From: Limnochordia bacterium
GTDB taxonomy: Bacteria; Bacillota; Limnochordia; DTU080
Assembly: GCA_050951545.1 (NCBI GenBank)
Contig: JBMNJG010000004.1
Location: forward strand, 125,406-189,405
Length of the DNA stretch: 64,000 nt
Reading direction: 5' to 3'
This document shows, one piece after another, positions 39,940-50,151 of this stretch. The position numbers and the translations under genes were made by a program. The notes below the pieces were generated by a model. That model was not told where the DNA came from. It did not search any database and worked only from the letters and a program-made list of their open reading frames with translations. Position 1 is the stretch's first letter, and every line of letters starts with the position of its first letter.

Positions 39940-40518
39940 TTGGAGGGGGAGCGGTACTGCTTGTCTACTGGATGCCTGATATTCATCATGGGTCGCCAGC
40001 GATCGGGTAAAGATACGGCCGCTGACTACTTGGTGCACTACTACGGTTTTCACAAGATCTCTTTGGCTAAGCCTGTCTACGACATCGCTCGTAGGCTATG
40101 CGGCATGGTTGGCAAAGACCGGGGGTTACTGATTGACATTGGCGTCAAGATGCGTGAGATTGACCCCGATGTCTTTCCGAAAGCGCTCTGGCGGGAGGCT
40201 GTAGGTTGCTCAGAGGGTGCAGACGAGCAGCTCTCGTTGCCCGCAAACACGCGCATCGTGGTACCTGATACGCGTTTTCCGAACGAGTGGGATTTCTTTA
40301 AGAAACGGGGTGGCAGAGGTATTCGCGTGGTTGCTTCGCAGGAAATACGAGCCCGACGACCGGGCTATCACGCAGAGTTTGAGCTAGATCCTACAGAGAC
40401 TGGCCTCGATAGTGCCCCGGCGGATGCCGTGATCACCAACGAGGGCAGCTATGGCGCCTTCTATGACGCTCTCGATCTTTTCCTGACTCGCGATGTGGGA
40501 CTTGAGCGCGTGGGATGA
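39940..40518 (+). CDS. Deoxynucleoside monophosphate kinase-like protein (phage T4 gp1/Dnk family)
   Basis: LIFIMGRQRSGKDTAADYL, IVPDTRFPNE and ITNEGSYGAFY align with T4 Dnk motifs (LIFLSGVKRSGKDTTADF, IVPDTRQDHE, ITNDGSLEELF). TTG start at 39940 or 39961. Confidence 0.55.
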   Translation: MEGERYCLSTGCLIFIMGRQRSGKDTAADYLVHYYGFHKISLAKPVYDIARRLCGMVGKDRGLLIDIGVKMREIDPDVFPKALWREAVGCSEGADEQLSLPANTRIVVPDTRFPNEWDFFKKRGGRGIRVVASQEIRARRPGYHAEFELDPTETGLDSAPADAVITNEGSYGAFYDALDLFLTRDVGLERVG

Positions 40519-40593
40519 TGTAGTCTCGGGGTGTGTTGGGCAGCTGCGTGCTGCGAACCAGATACCGAGCAGCAAGAAAGCGAGGTGCGGTCT

Positions 40594-41646
40594 ATGGCAG
40601 ACACGGAATCCACTAAGCAAGTCGTGAGGTTGGGGTTTGTGGGTTGTGGCTCTCATGCCCGTCTGGCATTGTACCCGAAGATTCATCGCGTTCCTGAGCT
40701 TGATCTTGTGGCTGTCTGTGATCTCAACGAGGCCCGTCGAACCAAGACAAAGCGTGACTTCGGTGCGCTGTATGACTACGCCGATCTACATACCATGTGC
40801 GACAAACAAGAGCTCGATGCCATCTGTATCGTGGGACCTCCGTTTATGCAGTATGAGGTCGGAATGGAGGTTCTTAAGCGCTACCGTCTGCCGATATTTC
40901 TCGAAAAGCCACCTGCGCTCACCTATGCGCAGGCTCTGGAACTGGCACAGGCTGCCAAAGAAGCAGGCGTGTTCGGCATGACTGGCTTCATGAAGCGCTT
41001 TGCCCCAGCTTACGTTGCTGCAGAGCGTATCTGTCGAAGCGACAGTTTCGGGCGTGTGACTCTGGTGGATTTACGCTACACTCACGGTCCCTACCCCCTT
41101 ATTTGGGGACTCTCACCCGAACCGTACTGCTGCCTTGTGGGAAACAGCTGCCACATTCTCGATCTGGCTAGGTTCTTTGGTGGCGATGTGGCAGAGCTGT
41201 ATGCCCGTCTCTGGTACCCAGGTTCGGGCGGTAGCTTCGCCTTTGCCATCACCCTTGCGTATACCAATGGGGCAGTGGGCCTGATCAACTGCAATGGAAC
41301 TGATGATGCGGGATGGATCATGCGAGAGCACTGTGCGGTAAGCGGCATCTGTGCGAGCGTGGAAGTCGATGATATGACCCATCTGCGCTATCGCAGTGGC
41401 GAACGCTGGGATAGTGGTCCGGAGGTGCGATCGTGGCATCAGGGTCAGATCATGCATCCCCACGCAGTTGCTGGCAGCACTGGTAATGACGACTATGGCT
41501 ATCAAGGCGAACTCCAGCACTTTGCACGATGTGTGCTGGGTACACAGGCCCCTCGTTCGACACTGCTTGACGGGGCCAAGTGTCTACAGATGGCGGAAGC
41601 CATATGGCAGAGCGCACAATCCAGACAACCCGTATCACTGACCTAG
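40594..41646 (+). CDS. Gfo/Idh/MocA family oxidoreductase
   Basis: VVRLGFVGCGSHARLALYPK Rossmann N-terminus. Start reset to ATG 40594. Confidence 0.72.
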   Translation: MADTESTKQVVRLGFVGCGSHARLALYPKIHRVPELDLVAVCDLNEARRTKTKRDFGALYDYADLHTMCDKQELDAICIVGPPFMQYEVGMEVLKRYRLPIFLEKPPALTYAQALELAQAAKEAGVFGMTGFMKRFAPAYVAAERICRSDSFGRVTLVDLRYTHGPYPLIWGLSPEPYCCLVGNSCHILDLARFFGGDVAELYARLWYPGSGGSFAFAITLAYTNGAVGLINCNGTDDAGWIMREHCAVSGICASVEVDDMTHLRYRSGERWDSGPEVRSWHQGQIMHPHAVAGSTGNDDYGYQGELQHFARCVLGTQAPRSTLLDGAKCLQMAEAIWQSAQSRQPVSLT

Positions 41647-41666
41647 CGGACTGAGGAGGCGTTCAC

Positions 41667-42569
41667 ATGATTCGCTTAGGAATTGTCGATTTTGATTCGT
41701 CGCATACGGTGGCTTTTACTCAGATCCTCAATCACACCCATCCCTCACAGGAGCAGTGGGTCGAAGGAGCCAAAATCGTTGCTGGCTGTGCATTGCCTTC
41801 GGAGATTCAGACCGAAGCGAAAGTCAGGGAGTATGCGGAACGCTGTGCAGCCTATGGCGTTGAGATGGTAAGCTCTCCGGAGGAGCTCATCGGGAAAGTG
41901 GACGGAGTGATGCTCGAATCGGATGATGGTCGAACGCATCTTGAGCGGGCGCGGCTGTTTCTACAGGCTGGTGTGCCAACCTGGATTGACAAGCCACTCA
42001 CCTTCTCTTTGGCGGAGGGGCGAGAGATTCTACAACTGGCCGCTACACATAAGGCACCGCTTTTTTCTGCCTCTTCATTGCGGTTTGCTTCTGAGGTGGC
42101 TGATGTGCGACAAAACAAGGAAACCTATGGCGGTGTCTTGGGAGCTATCACCTACAGCCCGGCGAAAGACCAGGGGCCTAACCCTGGACTCATCTACTAC
42201 GGTATCCACGCCATCGAGATGCTCTATGGATTGATGGGTGCAGGATGCCAGTGGGTGAGCAGCGCCGAAAGTCCGCACGGCATCGTCGTCACTGGTCAGT
42301 GGGATGACGGGCGGATCTGTTCGCTGCGCGGCACAACCGAAGGTGCACACTCCTATGGGTTTACCGCCTGGTGCGAGAAGACTGTCGTGCAAAAAGTGGT
42401 GAACGCAAGTTTTATCTACCGGGAGCTCATGAAGCAGGTGGTCAGGTTTTTCCAGACAGGTGTCTCACCAGTGGCGCCTGAAGAGACGCTAGAGACGATT
42501 GCTTTTGGCCGGGCCGCGCTCGCGTCGCTGCAGAGGCAGGGCCAGCGTGTGTCACTAGAACGCTGCTAG
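41667..42569 (+). CDS. Gfo/Idh/MocA-like oxidoreductase
   Basis: Opens MIRLGIVDFDSSHTVAFTQILNH with similarity to oxidoreductase-family N- and C-terminal domains. Confidence 0.55.
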   Translation: MIRLGIVDFDSSHTVAFTQILNHTHPSQEQWVEGAKIVAGCALPSEIQTEAKVREYAERCAAYGVEMVSSPEELIGKVDGVMLESDDGRTHLERARLFLQAGVPTWIDKPLTFSLAEGREILQLAATHKAPLFSASSLRFASEVADVRQNKETYGGVLGAITYSPAKDQGPNPGLIYYGIHAIEMLYGLMGAGCQWVSSAESPHGIVVTGQWDDGRICSLRGTTEGAHSYGFTAWCEKTVVQKVVNASFIYRELMKQVVRFFQTGVSPVAPEETLETIAFGRAALASLQRQGQRVSLERC

Positions 42570-42573
42570 CGAC

Positions 42574-43182
42574 ATGCATGATGCAAGAAGGAGTTCGACA
42601 AACGTGACCGATGCAAGGACAATTGACGAGGTAACGCGTGAAAAGGCTTGGCAGCTACTTACTCAGCATGTTTCGAACGAGGGTCTGCTCAAGCATGCCC
42701 TGGCAGTGGAGGCCTGCATGCGCGCCTATGCGCGCAAGTACAGTCAGGATGAGGAAAGATGGGCGGTGACCGGACTGCTGCACGATGTGGATTTTGAGCA
42801 GCATCCCTCCCCCGAAGAGCACCCTGCGGTAGGGGTGGCGCTGTTGCGTGAAGAGGGGTACCCCGAGGACATTGTGGAAGCCGTGGCAGGACACGCCGAC
42901 CGCCTGCAAGTACCCCGTACATCACGCATGGCCAAAGCGCTCTATGCAGTCGATGAGCTGTCTGGCTTTGTTACAGCCGTGGCTCTTGTGCGCCCGTCCA
43001 AAAGAGTGGCAGATGTAAAGGTCAGCTCCGTTAAGAAGAAGATGAAAGACAAGGCCTTTGCTCGCGCCTGCGACCGAGAGCAGATGCGACGGTCAGCTGA
43101 GGAGCTGGGTGAGCCCTTTGACGCGCATGTGGAGCTTGTCATCCAAGCAATGTCAGAGGCGGCCGATACCTTAGGGCTATAG
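42574..43182 (+). CDS. HD-domain phosphohydrolase
   Basis: LLHDVD...HPAVG...GHAD HD-superfamily metal-binding residues. Confidence 0.65.
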   Translation: MHDARRSSTNVTDARTIDEVTREKAWQLLTQHVSNEGLLKHALAVEACMRAYARKYSQDEERWAVTGLLHDVDFEQHPSPEEHPAVGVALLREEGYPEDIVEAVAGHADRLQVPRTSRMAKALYAVDELSGFVTAVALVRPSKRVADVKVSSVKKKMKDKAFARACDREQMRRSAEELGEPFDAHVELVIQAMSEAADTLGL

Positions 43183-43187
43183 AAGCA

Positions 43188-43754
43188 TCAGGCACGCGGC
43201 AGGATGAGGTGAAACACCTCCTGCCGCGTCTTTTCATCTGTGCGGAAGCCGCCACGCAAAGCGGAGGTGATGGTTAGGCTGCCCGGCTTTCTTATGCCGC
43301 GCATACTCATACACATATGCTCTGCTTCGATCACGACGCAGACGCCACGTGGTTTCAGTCGTTCAACAAGCAGGTCTGCGATCTGAGACGTAAGCCGTTC
43401 TTGCATCTGGGGCCTGCGAGCCATGCCTTCGACTACCCGGGCCAGCTTGCTCAGGCCTGTAACTCGTCCACGCGTGGGTATGTAGGCGACGTGGGCCTTA
43501 CCGATAAAAGGGAGGAAATGGTGTTCACACATAGAGTAAAAGGCGATGTTTTTGACCAGGATCAGTTCTTCATGGCCCTCTTCGAACACAACTTCTAGAT
43601 GATGCCCGACATCTTCATACAAGCCGGCAAAGATCTCTTGGTACATCTCCGCAACGCGGCGCGGCGTGTCCTGAAGCCCTTCGCGATCCGGATCTTCACC
43701 TATTGCTTCAATCATCATCCGCATCGCCGTGCGGATCTTTTCTTGATCAACCAC
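43188..43754 (-). CDS. folE: GTP cyclohydrolase I
   Basis: [20 protein letters not shown] and zinc-ligand region. 188 aa. Confidence 0.88.
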   Translation of the reverse strand: MVDQEKIRTAMRMMIEAIGEDPDREGLQDTPRRVAEMYQEIFAGLYEDVGHHLEVVFEEGHEELILVKNIAFYSMCEHHFLPFIGKAHVAYIPTRGRVTGLSKLARVVEGMARRPQMQERLTSQIADLLVERLKPRGVCVVIEAEHMCMSMRGIRKPGSLTITSALRGGFRTDEKTRQEVFHLILPRA

Positions 43755-43952
43755 ATGTATCGCCTCCAGTTGATGGCTCCGTCATTCTCCTAAGGGCCGA
43801 CTTCCTCCTGCATGGGTCCCCATGTGCATATTGCCGTGTCAACTCGAAGATGAGTTGAATCTATCGAGGTCCGTTCTTGCTCATTCGACACGTTTCTTTG
43901 GCTTTACCTGATAGCATGTGCTGCACCATGGGACTAGGTGGTGCCTTGTTGC

Positions 43953-46181
43953 ATGTCAAAGCGTTTCGCTTCCCAGCCATCCACATTCTCCACTCGCCAA
44001 GCTCAAAGACGGACAAGCACCCTTCGGCGGTTGGTCTTCCTGTTGTACCGGCTTTTTGCGGCATCTGATGCGTGGGCCATCAACGTACTCAGTTTCTTGG
44101 CAGGGCGAGCTGGTCTCATGGGCGAGATCCATCCCTTTGGAATCGCGTTGTTCTTCATCACATTGCGGACGGGCCATCGAGTGCGGGCCGTGTCCACGGC
44201 ACTGAGCGTTCTGGCAGGTTTGGCTACTGTGGCTGGCTTGGGTCGAGTAATGAGCGTTACTGCGGCGCTAGTAGCAGCCTATCTTTTCCAGAAAACACAG
44301 AAGAGCTCATCTGATCCGGTGGCCTGGCCTGGGGCCCTAGAGCTAACGGGCCTGCTGACGATCACTCGTCTGGCCGAGGGCTATGTGCTGGGTATTACGC
44401 CTCGGAGCGTGGCGGTGATCCTCTTAGAGGCTATGATGGTGTTGCTGGCCACGTTGCTCTTTGCGCCCTTGGCCCGGTTGGTGCGGGAAGAATGGCCTTA
44501 CAGGCTGCATAGGGAGCAGCTCGTATCTGTCGGATTGGCAGCTGTTGTGGTAGGCATGGGGCTGGGGGGGCTCAGCGTCGGCCCCGTACAGCTGTGCGAA
44601 GTGTGGAATCGTTGGGTAACACTTGTGGCGGCCCTGTTGGGGCACGGGGCCATTGGTGCTGCTCAGGGAGTAGCCCTTGGCATCATGGCGGAGCTGTCAT
44701 CTCTGCGTCTGTTAGGCGGCGGGGTAGGGGTATATGGTATCTCGGGACTGCTGGGAGGACTGTTCAGCAATGGTGGCAAGGTCACCGTAATAGCAGGTTT
44801 TCTTGTAGGGAATCTGATCGCCTCGGTACAGGCTGTGTCGGGCGAGAGCATCGTCATGGGCTTTGCGCACTCGTTGGCTGCAATTGCCCTCTTTGTGGCC
44901 ACTCCCGAACGGTTCATATGGCGATTAGCCAGGGCTATCCCAGGTACCGAAGCTGAGACTGCGGTAGCAGCCGCACGAGAGATCCACCTGCGAGAGACTG
45001 TGACCGAAAGACTCGAGCAGCTGTCCGGAATATTCGGTGAGTTAGCTGAGGTATTCGCCGAGGTGCACCATGGCAAGCCCTCGGTTAGCCAGCACGCGGG
45101 TGATCTATCGATGCGTCTCGAGCAAGCGCATCAGATTGTGCCGAGCCAGCTTCGCGGATTGCAGCAGATCGCCGCGCATATCGCGGAACAGGTACGGGTG
45201 GACACTGGGCGTTCGGAGGAACTCGAAGCGCGTGTGTCAGAAGAACTGATGCGACGAAATATCCCGTATGCTGAGCTACGGGTCCTGCACGCTGCGGGAG
45301 AGCATCCGGAGGTGAGCCTTGTCTACAACAGAGCTTGCGATGGGGAGGGCAGTTGCTGCCGTCAGGTGGCTCAAGCAGTGACCTCAGCCTTGATTGAGAC
45401 CTATACACCCTGGCAGATCGAATGTAGGGGACGTCAAGGAGGTTGCCGCATTCGGCTTCTTCCCGAACGACCCTATGAGCTTATCGTGCGAGGGGCCACT
45501 CTGGCGAAGGAGCTCGGAGGCGTATCAGGAGACACTTATGCCAAGGCCGAACTGGCGGATGGGAAGGTAGCCTTGTTACTCAGTGACGGCATGGGGGTGG
45601 GTCCACGGGCAGCACTGGAAAGCAGGGCCACGGTCACGATGCTGCAGAGACTGATCAGTGTGGGCTTTGACCGAGAGTTTGCTGTACAGACTGTAAACTC
45701 AGTGATGCTGTTGCGCTCATTTGAGGAGACCTACGCAACATTAGACCTGGCCGTAATCGATCTGTTCTCCGGTGAGTTGGAGTTTCTCAAGATCGCCTCC
45801 GCTCCCAGCTTTATCCGTCGCAAGCGGAATGTGGAGGTGATCCGCTCCAATTCGCTCCCAGTAGGCATTCTCAGTGATATCAAGGTTCCGACGCAAAGAA
45901 GCCAGCTACATGCGGAAGACATACTTGTGATGGTTACTGATGGTGTTCTCGATGCATTGCCGGAAAGATTGGACCCGGAGGAGTGGTTAGCGCGCTACAT
46001 ACGTCGAGACACGGGTGACGACGCCATGGGCTTGGCAGAAGGCCTCCTGACCCTAAGTGGCGAGAAGGCAGGCGACATACGAGATGACATGACTGTCGTT
46101 GTGGCAAAGCTATTGCGGCGCACGGTGGATCTCGAGACGCTGCTGCGGGGTGACCTTCCGGTTTTCCATCGGCACCGATAG
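43953..46181 (+). CDS. spoIIE: Stage II sporulation protein E (SpoIIE) PP2C-type phosphatase with polytopic N-terminal membrane domain
   Basis: N-terminal multi-TM region resembles B. subtilis SpoIIE (GRAGLMGEIHPFGIALFF). C-terminal PP2C (LLSDGMGVGPRAA...VTDGVLDA). Start uncertain: 43938 GTG or 43953 ATG. Confidence 0.75.
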   Translation: MSKRFASQPSTFSTRQAQRRTSTLRRLVFLLYRLFAASDAWAINVLSFLAGRAGLMGEIHPFGIALFFITLRTGHRVRAVSTALSVLAGLATVAGLGRVMSVTAALVAAYLFQKTQKSSSDPVAWPGALELTGLLTITRLAEGYVLGITPRSVAVILLEAMMVLLATLLFAPLARLVREEWPYRLHREQLVSVGLAAVVVGMGLGGLSVGPVQLCEVWNRWVTLVAALLGHGAIGAAQGVALGIMAELSSLRLLGGGVGVYGISGLLGGLFSNGGKVTVIAGFLVGNLIASVQAVSGESIVMGFAHSLAAIALFVATPERFIWRLARAIPGTEAETAVAAAREIHLRETVTERLEQLSGIFGELAEVFAEVHHGKPSVSQHAGDLSMRLEQAHQIVPSQLRGLQQIAAHIAEQVRVDTGRSEELEARVSEELMRRNIPYAELRVLHAAGEHPEVSLVYNRACDGEGSCCRQVAQAVTSALIETYTPWQIECRGRQGGCRIRLLPERPYELIVRGATLAKELGGVSGDTYAKAELADGKVALLLSDGMGVGPRAALESRATVTMLQRLISVGFDREFAVQTVNSVMLLRSFEETYATLDLAVIDLFSGELEFLKIASAPSFIRRKRNVEVIRSNSLPVGILSDIKVPTQRSQLHAEDILVMVTDGVLDALPERLDPEEWLARYIRRDTGDDAMGLAEGLLTLSGEKAGDIRDDMTVVVAKLLRRTVDLETLLRGDLPVFHRHR

Positions 46182-46225
46182 CATGTATAATAGGAGCGAG
46201 AGCCACGTCTTACTGGAGTGACAAG

Positions 46226-47641
46226 ATGTCGCACATGCTCCGTCCAAAGGTAGAAGCCTTGATACACCGTTACGGCATGGTGGTGCCAGGTGACGGTGTT
46301 ATTGTCGCGTGCTCAGGAGGTCCGGACTCGCTGACTCTTCTAGGGTTGCTCGTGGCTTTACGGAAAGACTACAGCCTGTGCCTAACCGCTGTCTACATCG
46401 ACCATGGCCTGCGCCCTCAAGCTGCTGAAGAGGGCGAATACGTGAAGCATATGGCCCGGCGATGGGGAGTGCCAGCACTCGTGCGTCGCGTGGAAAGGGA
46501 TCTGCATGTGACTGGAGAGTCTGTTCAAGCGCAGGCCCGTCAGGAGCGCTATCGTCTTCTGGACGAGGTGGCTCGTCAGGTGGGTGCCGCTCGTATTGCC
46601 ACAGGGCACACTGCTGACGATCAGGCTGAGACTCTGGTGATGCGCTTCGCACGCGGTACTGGTTGCTGCGGGCTTGCAGGTATCTTGCCAGTGGTTGGCA
46701 GAGTCATCCGGCCGTTGTTGCTTGTGCGCCGCGAAGAGACCGAAGACTACTGCGCCAGGCAAGGGATTGTTCCCGTCCATGACCCGAGCAACGACGAGGA
46801 TGTCTACTTGCGTAATCGAGTTCGCCACCACCTCATGCCTGAGCTTTCTGCCTTTAACCCCCGGTTCGTGGAGGTTTTGGCTAACCTGGCAGAATCCGCT
46901 CGCGCCGAGAATGAGTGGATGGAGCAAGAGGCAGCGAAGCTGCTGGCTAGCGCTGTTCATACAGACGGCGGGTGGTGGTTTCCCACGCTAGCTTTTCTAG
47001 ACCAGCCGTTGGCATTGCAGCGCCGTGCCTTGCGCGCTCTTCTGCGCAGGTTGGTTTCGGGACGAGAACTGGGCTTTGATCATGTGGGAGCTGTCCTGGA
47101 TATGCTAGTTCGTGGACAGACGGGGGCCAGTGTATCTTTGCCTGGAGGTCTTGTGGCCTGGGCGGAAAAAGAGGGCTTCTGGGTAGGACCCCAAAGACCT
47201 GTTGTCGAATTTGATATCGTCTTAGCAGCACCAGGGCGTGTTCGTCTTCCTGGTTCTGATCTGTGTCTTGATGCTGCTGTTCAGGCAGGAGGGCTTGACT
47301 GTATAGGCGAAGTGGAGTATCGAAGGACGAAAACCAGGCGACCATGGGAGCCCAATGGTGAGAGCGTTGTTTTCGACCGGCAGCGAGTTCAAGGGCGTCT
47401 ACGCGTTCGCAATTGGCGTGCAGGTGATCGTTTTCGCCCGCTGGGTATGCCAGGAGAGAAGAAGCTGCAGGATATGTTCGTGGATGACGGGATTCCCAAG
47501 CGCTGGCGCGATCGCTTGCCCGTTGTGGTTGACGACCAGGGGATTCTATGGGTTGCAGGAGCCAAACTGGCTGACAGGGCGAAGATTACCTCCACTACGA
47601 AAGTGCTCGTTGAGCTGCGTTTGTGCAGAAACGATGCATAG
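46226..47641 (+). CDS. tilS: tRNA(Ile)-lysidine synthetase
   Basis: PP-loop VACSGGPDSLTLL. Position follows spoIIE as in Bacillus. Confidence 0.85.
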   Translation: MSHMLRPKVEALIHRYGMVVPGDGVIVACSGGPDSLTLLGLLVALRKDYSLCLTAVYIDHGLRPQAAEEGEYVKHMARRWGVPALVRRVERDLHVTGESVQAQARQERYRLLDEVARQVGAARIATGHTADDQAETLVMRFARGTGCCGLAGILPVVGRVIRPLLLVRREETEDYCARQGIVPVHDPSNDEDVYLRNRVRHHLMPELSAFNPRFVEVLANLAESARAENEWMEQEAAKLLASAVHTDGGWWFPTLAFLDQPLALQRRALRALLRRLVSGRELGFDHVGAVLDMLVRGQTGASVSLPGGLVAWAEKEGFWVGPQRPVVEFDIVLAAPGRVRLPGSDLCLDAAVQAGGLDCIGEVEYRRTKTRRPWEPNGESVVFDRQRVQGRLRVRNWRAGDRFRPLGMPGEKKLQDMFVDDGIPKRWRDRLPVVVDDQGILWVAGAKLADRAKITSTTKVLVELRLCRNDA

Positions 47642-47790
47642 CATGGAAGTGCAAGACTATGCTCACCTGCCCACCTATGCTATAATGGATCGCATAAGAT
47701 TATCGGATCACATGTTCCCATTGCACTGTCGACGCCTGTCAGGGTGGGTCATCCGCCCTTTTTGTGTGCTGCTTGAGGGGAGGGCGCGTT

Positions 47791-49746
47791 TTGAAAAGGT
47801 TTCTCAGGGGTATCAGCCTATACTTGCTGATCGCCGTCCTGGCAGTCTCCATCGTGAGTAGCCTGTATTCGCCGCAAGACCCAAGGAAGCCCATTAGTTA
47901 CAGTGATTTCATGCGCTTACTTGATCAGGGGAAAATCGCGAGTGTGCGTCTCATCGGCGAACAGGCTCTTGAGGGTGTGCTGACAGATGGCAATAGATTC
48001 TCCACCTATGTACCAGTAGGCACGATGAACCTGGGTGATCGCCTTACCGCAGCTGGGGTAGAGGTCGACGCTCAACCGGCGCCGCCCACGCCTTGGTGGG
48101 TGGCTCTACTGCCGAACATCATTACGCTGGTCATTTTTGTTGCCATTTGGCTTTTTATCCTGAATCAGATGCAAGGCAGCAATAACAGAGCGATGTCTTT
48201 TGGCAAGAGTCGCGCGAAGCTACACACCGAGGATAAGCCCAAGGTTCGTTTCGAGGATGTGGCAGGTGTCGATGAGGCCAAGCAAGAGCTTGCTGAGGTA
48301 GTCGAGTTCCTGAAACAGCCGAAAAAATTCGTGGAGATAGGGGCGAAGATTCCCAAAGGCGTGCTGCTAATGGGGCCTCCGGGCACTGGCAAGACTCTGC
48401 TGGGTAGGGCTGTGGCCGGTGAGGCAGGGGTTCCCTTCTTCACCATATCAGGTTCGGATTTTGTGGAGATGTTTGTCGGCGTTGGTGCCTCGCGTGTACG
48501 TGACCTGTTTGAGACGGCCAAGAAGAATAGCCCTTGCATCATTTTCATCGATGAACTTGATGCAGTGGGCCGTCAGCGCGGGGCTGGTTTGGGTGGCGGA
48601 CATGATGAGCGTGAGCAAACGCTCAACCAGCTTCTGGTGGAGCTGGACGGTTTTGAGTCGAGCAGTGGCATTATTGTCATGGCGGCCACCAACAGGCCGG
48701 ATGTTCTCGATCCGGCGCTGTTGCGTCCCGGCCGCTTTGATCGTAAGGTTATCGTCGACCGCCCGGACGTGGATGGGCGTGAGGCGATCCTCAAGATCCA
48801 TGCTCGTAACAAGCCGCTGGCCGACGATGTGGATCTGGAGGTTCTGGCTAAGAGCACCCCTGGGTTGTCTGGGGCTGATCTAGAGAACATGCTTAATGAA
48901 GCAGCCATTTTGGCGGCACGGCGTAACAAGAGAGCCGTCAGTATGGCAGAAATGGAAGAGGCCGTCGATCGCGTTATCATGGGTCCACAGCGCCCAAGCC
49001 GCCGGGTGACAGAGAGAGACAAAGAAGTCTTTGCCTTTCACGAAGCTGGGCATGCGGTCGTTGCCTATCTCCTACCTAATGGTGATCCCGTGCACAAGGT
49101 GACCATCGTCGGGCGAGGGTTTGCTGGTGGATATACCATGACCCTACCCGAAGAAGAGAGAGTCGTGCACACCCGAGCTCAGATGAAGGACATTCTGACA
49201 GACATGCTCGGAGGGCGGGCTGCAGAAGAGATCGCCTTTGACAAAGAGGAGATCACCACCGGGGCGCAAAATGACCTGGAGCGCGTGACAAAGCTGGCTC
49301 GTAGGATGATCACGGAGTGGGGCATGAGCGAGCGGCTTGGGCCGATTACCTACGGCCAACAGCACGAAGAGCAGATTTTCTTAGGGCGAGACATTTCTCG
49401 GCAGCGCAACTACAGTGAGGAGATTGCCGCGGCCATTGACCAGGAAGTACGTGAACTGGTAGATGAGGCGTACCAGAGGGCCCTTGGTCTTTTACGGGCC
49501 AATTGGGGCAAGCTGACTGCCGTTGTCGAGGCACTGAAGGAAAAAGAGACGCTAAATCGTGATGCCTTCGAGCGGATCATGGAGGCCGCACCGGAACAGG
49601 CGGCTCCCGCTGCGCGAGAATCTAGTAACGAAGCTATGGCACCGGACGTTGTTCCTCAGCTGGCACGTCCTGCGGAGGCCAAGTCGGATAAGCCTCGGAG
49701 CCTGGACAAACCAAAGGCAGCTAAGCCTGCCGTGGGTCTTGAGTAG
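47791..49746 (+). CDS. ftsH: ATP-dependent zinc metalloprotease FtsH
   Basis: Walker [18 protein letters not shown] zinc motif. Likely TTG start 47791 with GGGGAGGG RBS (track start 47764). Confidence 0.88.
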   Translation: MKRFLRGISLYLLIAVLAVSIVSSLYSPQDPRKPISYSDFMRLLDQGKIASVRLIGEQALEGVLTDGNRFSTYVPVGTMNLGDRLTAAGVEVDAQPAPPTPWWVALLPNIITLVIFVAIWLFILNQMQGSNNRAMSFGKSRAKLHTEDKPKVRFEDVAGVDEAKQELAEVVEFLKQPKKFVEIGAKIPKGVLLMGPPGTGKTLLGRAVAGEAGVPFFTISGSDFVEMFVGVGASRVRDLFETAKKNSPCIIFIDELDAVGRQRGAGLGGGHDEREQTLNQLLVELDGFESSSGIIVMAATNRPDVLDPALLRPGRFDRKVIVDRPDVDGREAILKIHARNKPLADDVDLEVLAKSTPGLSGADLENMLNEAAILAARRNKRAVSMAEMEEAVDRVIMGPQRPSRRVTERDKEVFAFHEAGHAVVAYLLPNGDPVHKVTIVGRGFAGGYTMTLPEEERVVHTRAQMKDILTDMLGGRAAEEIAFDKEEITTGAQNDLERVTKLARRMITEWGMSERLGPITYGQQHEEQIFLGRDISRQRNYSEEIAAAIDQEVRELVDEAYQRALGLLRANWGKLTAVVEALKEKETLNRDAFERIMEAAPEQAAPAARESSNEAMAPDVVPQLARPAEAKSDKPRSLDKPKAAKPAVGLE

Positions 49747-49753
49747 GAGGCCG

Positions 49754-50140
49754 ATGGATCTGGACCGTTTGACCTTGCAGGGGATGCTCTTTCATGGAAC
49801 CCACGGCGTCTATGTTGAAGAGGCTCGCCTTGGGCAGCGTTTTGAGCTCGACGTGGATCTGCACACGAATGCAGACCATGCGGGCATGAGTGACCAGTTG
49901 GAAGATGCGATCAACTACGGTGATGTATACCGGAGTGTGCGCGGTATTGTTGAGGGACGCCGTTTTCGGCTGATCGAAGCCTTGGCGACGGCTGTTGCCA
50001 GAGAGCTACTGCGGGAGTTTCTGACATTGGAGGCCGTTACGGTGCGTGTGCGAAAACCTCATGCTCCGATCAACGGTGTGCTGGATGGGGTAGAAATACA
50101 GATCCATCGTACACGCGATTGGTTCGAGGCCTTGGAGTAG
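49754..50140 (+). CDS. folB: Dihydroneopterin aldolase
   Basis: Opens MDLDRLTLQGMLFHGTHGVYVEEARLGQRFELDVDL. 128 aa. Start reset to ATG 49754 with AGGAGG RBS. Confidence 0.8.
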   Translation: MDLDRLTLQGMLFHGTHGVYVEEARLGQRFELDVDLHTNADHAGMSDQLEDAINYGDVYRSVRGIVEGRRFRLIEALATAVARELLREFLTLEAVTVRVRKPHAPINGVLDGVEIQIHRTRDWFEALE

Positions 50141-50151
50141 GAGCATGGTCG

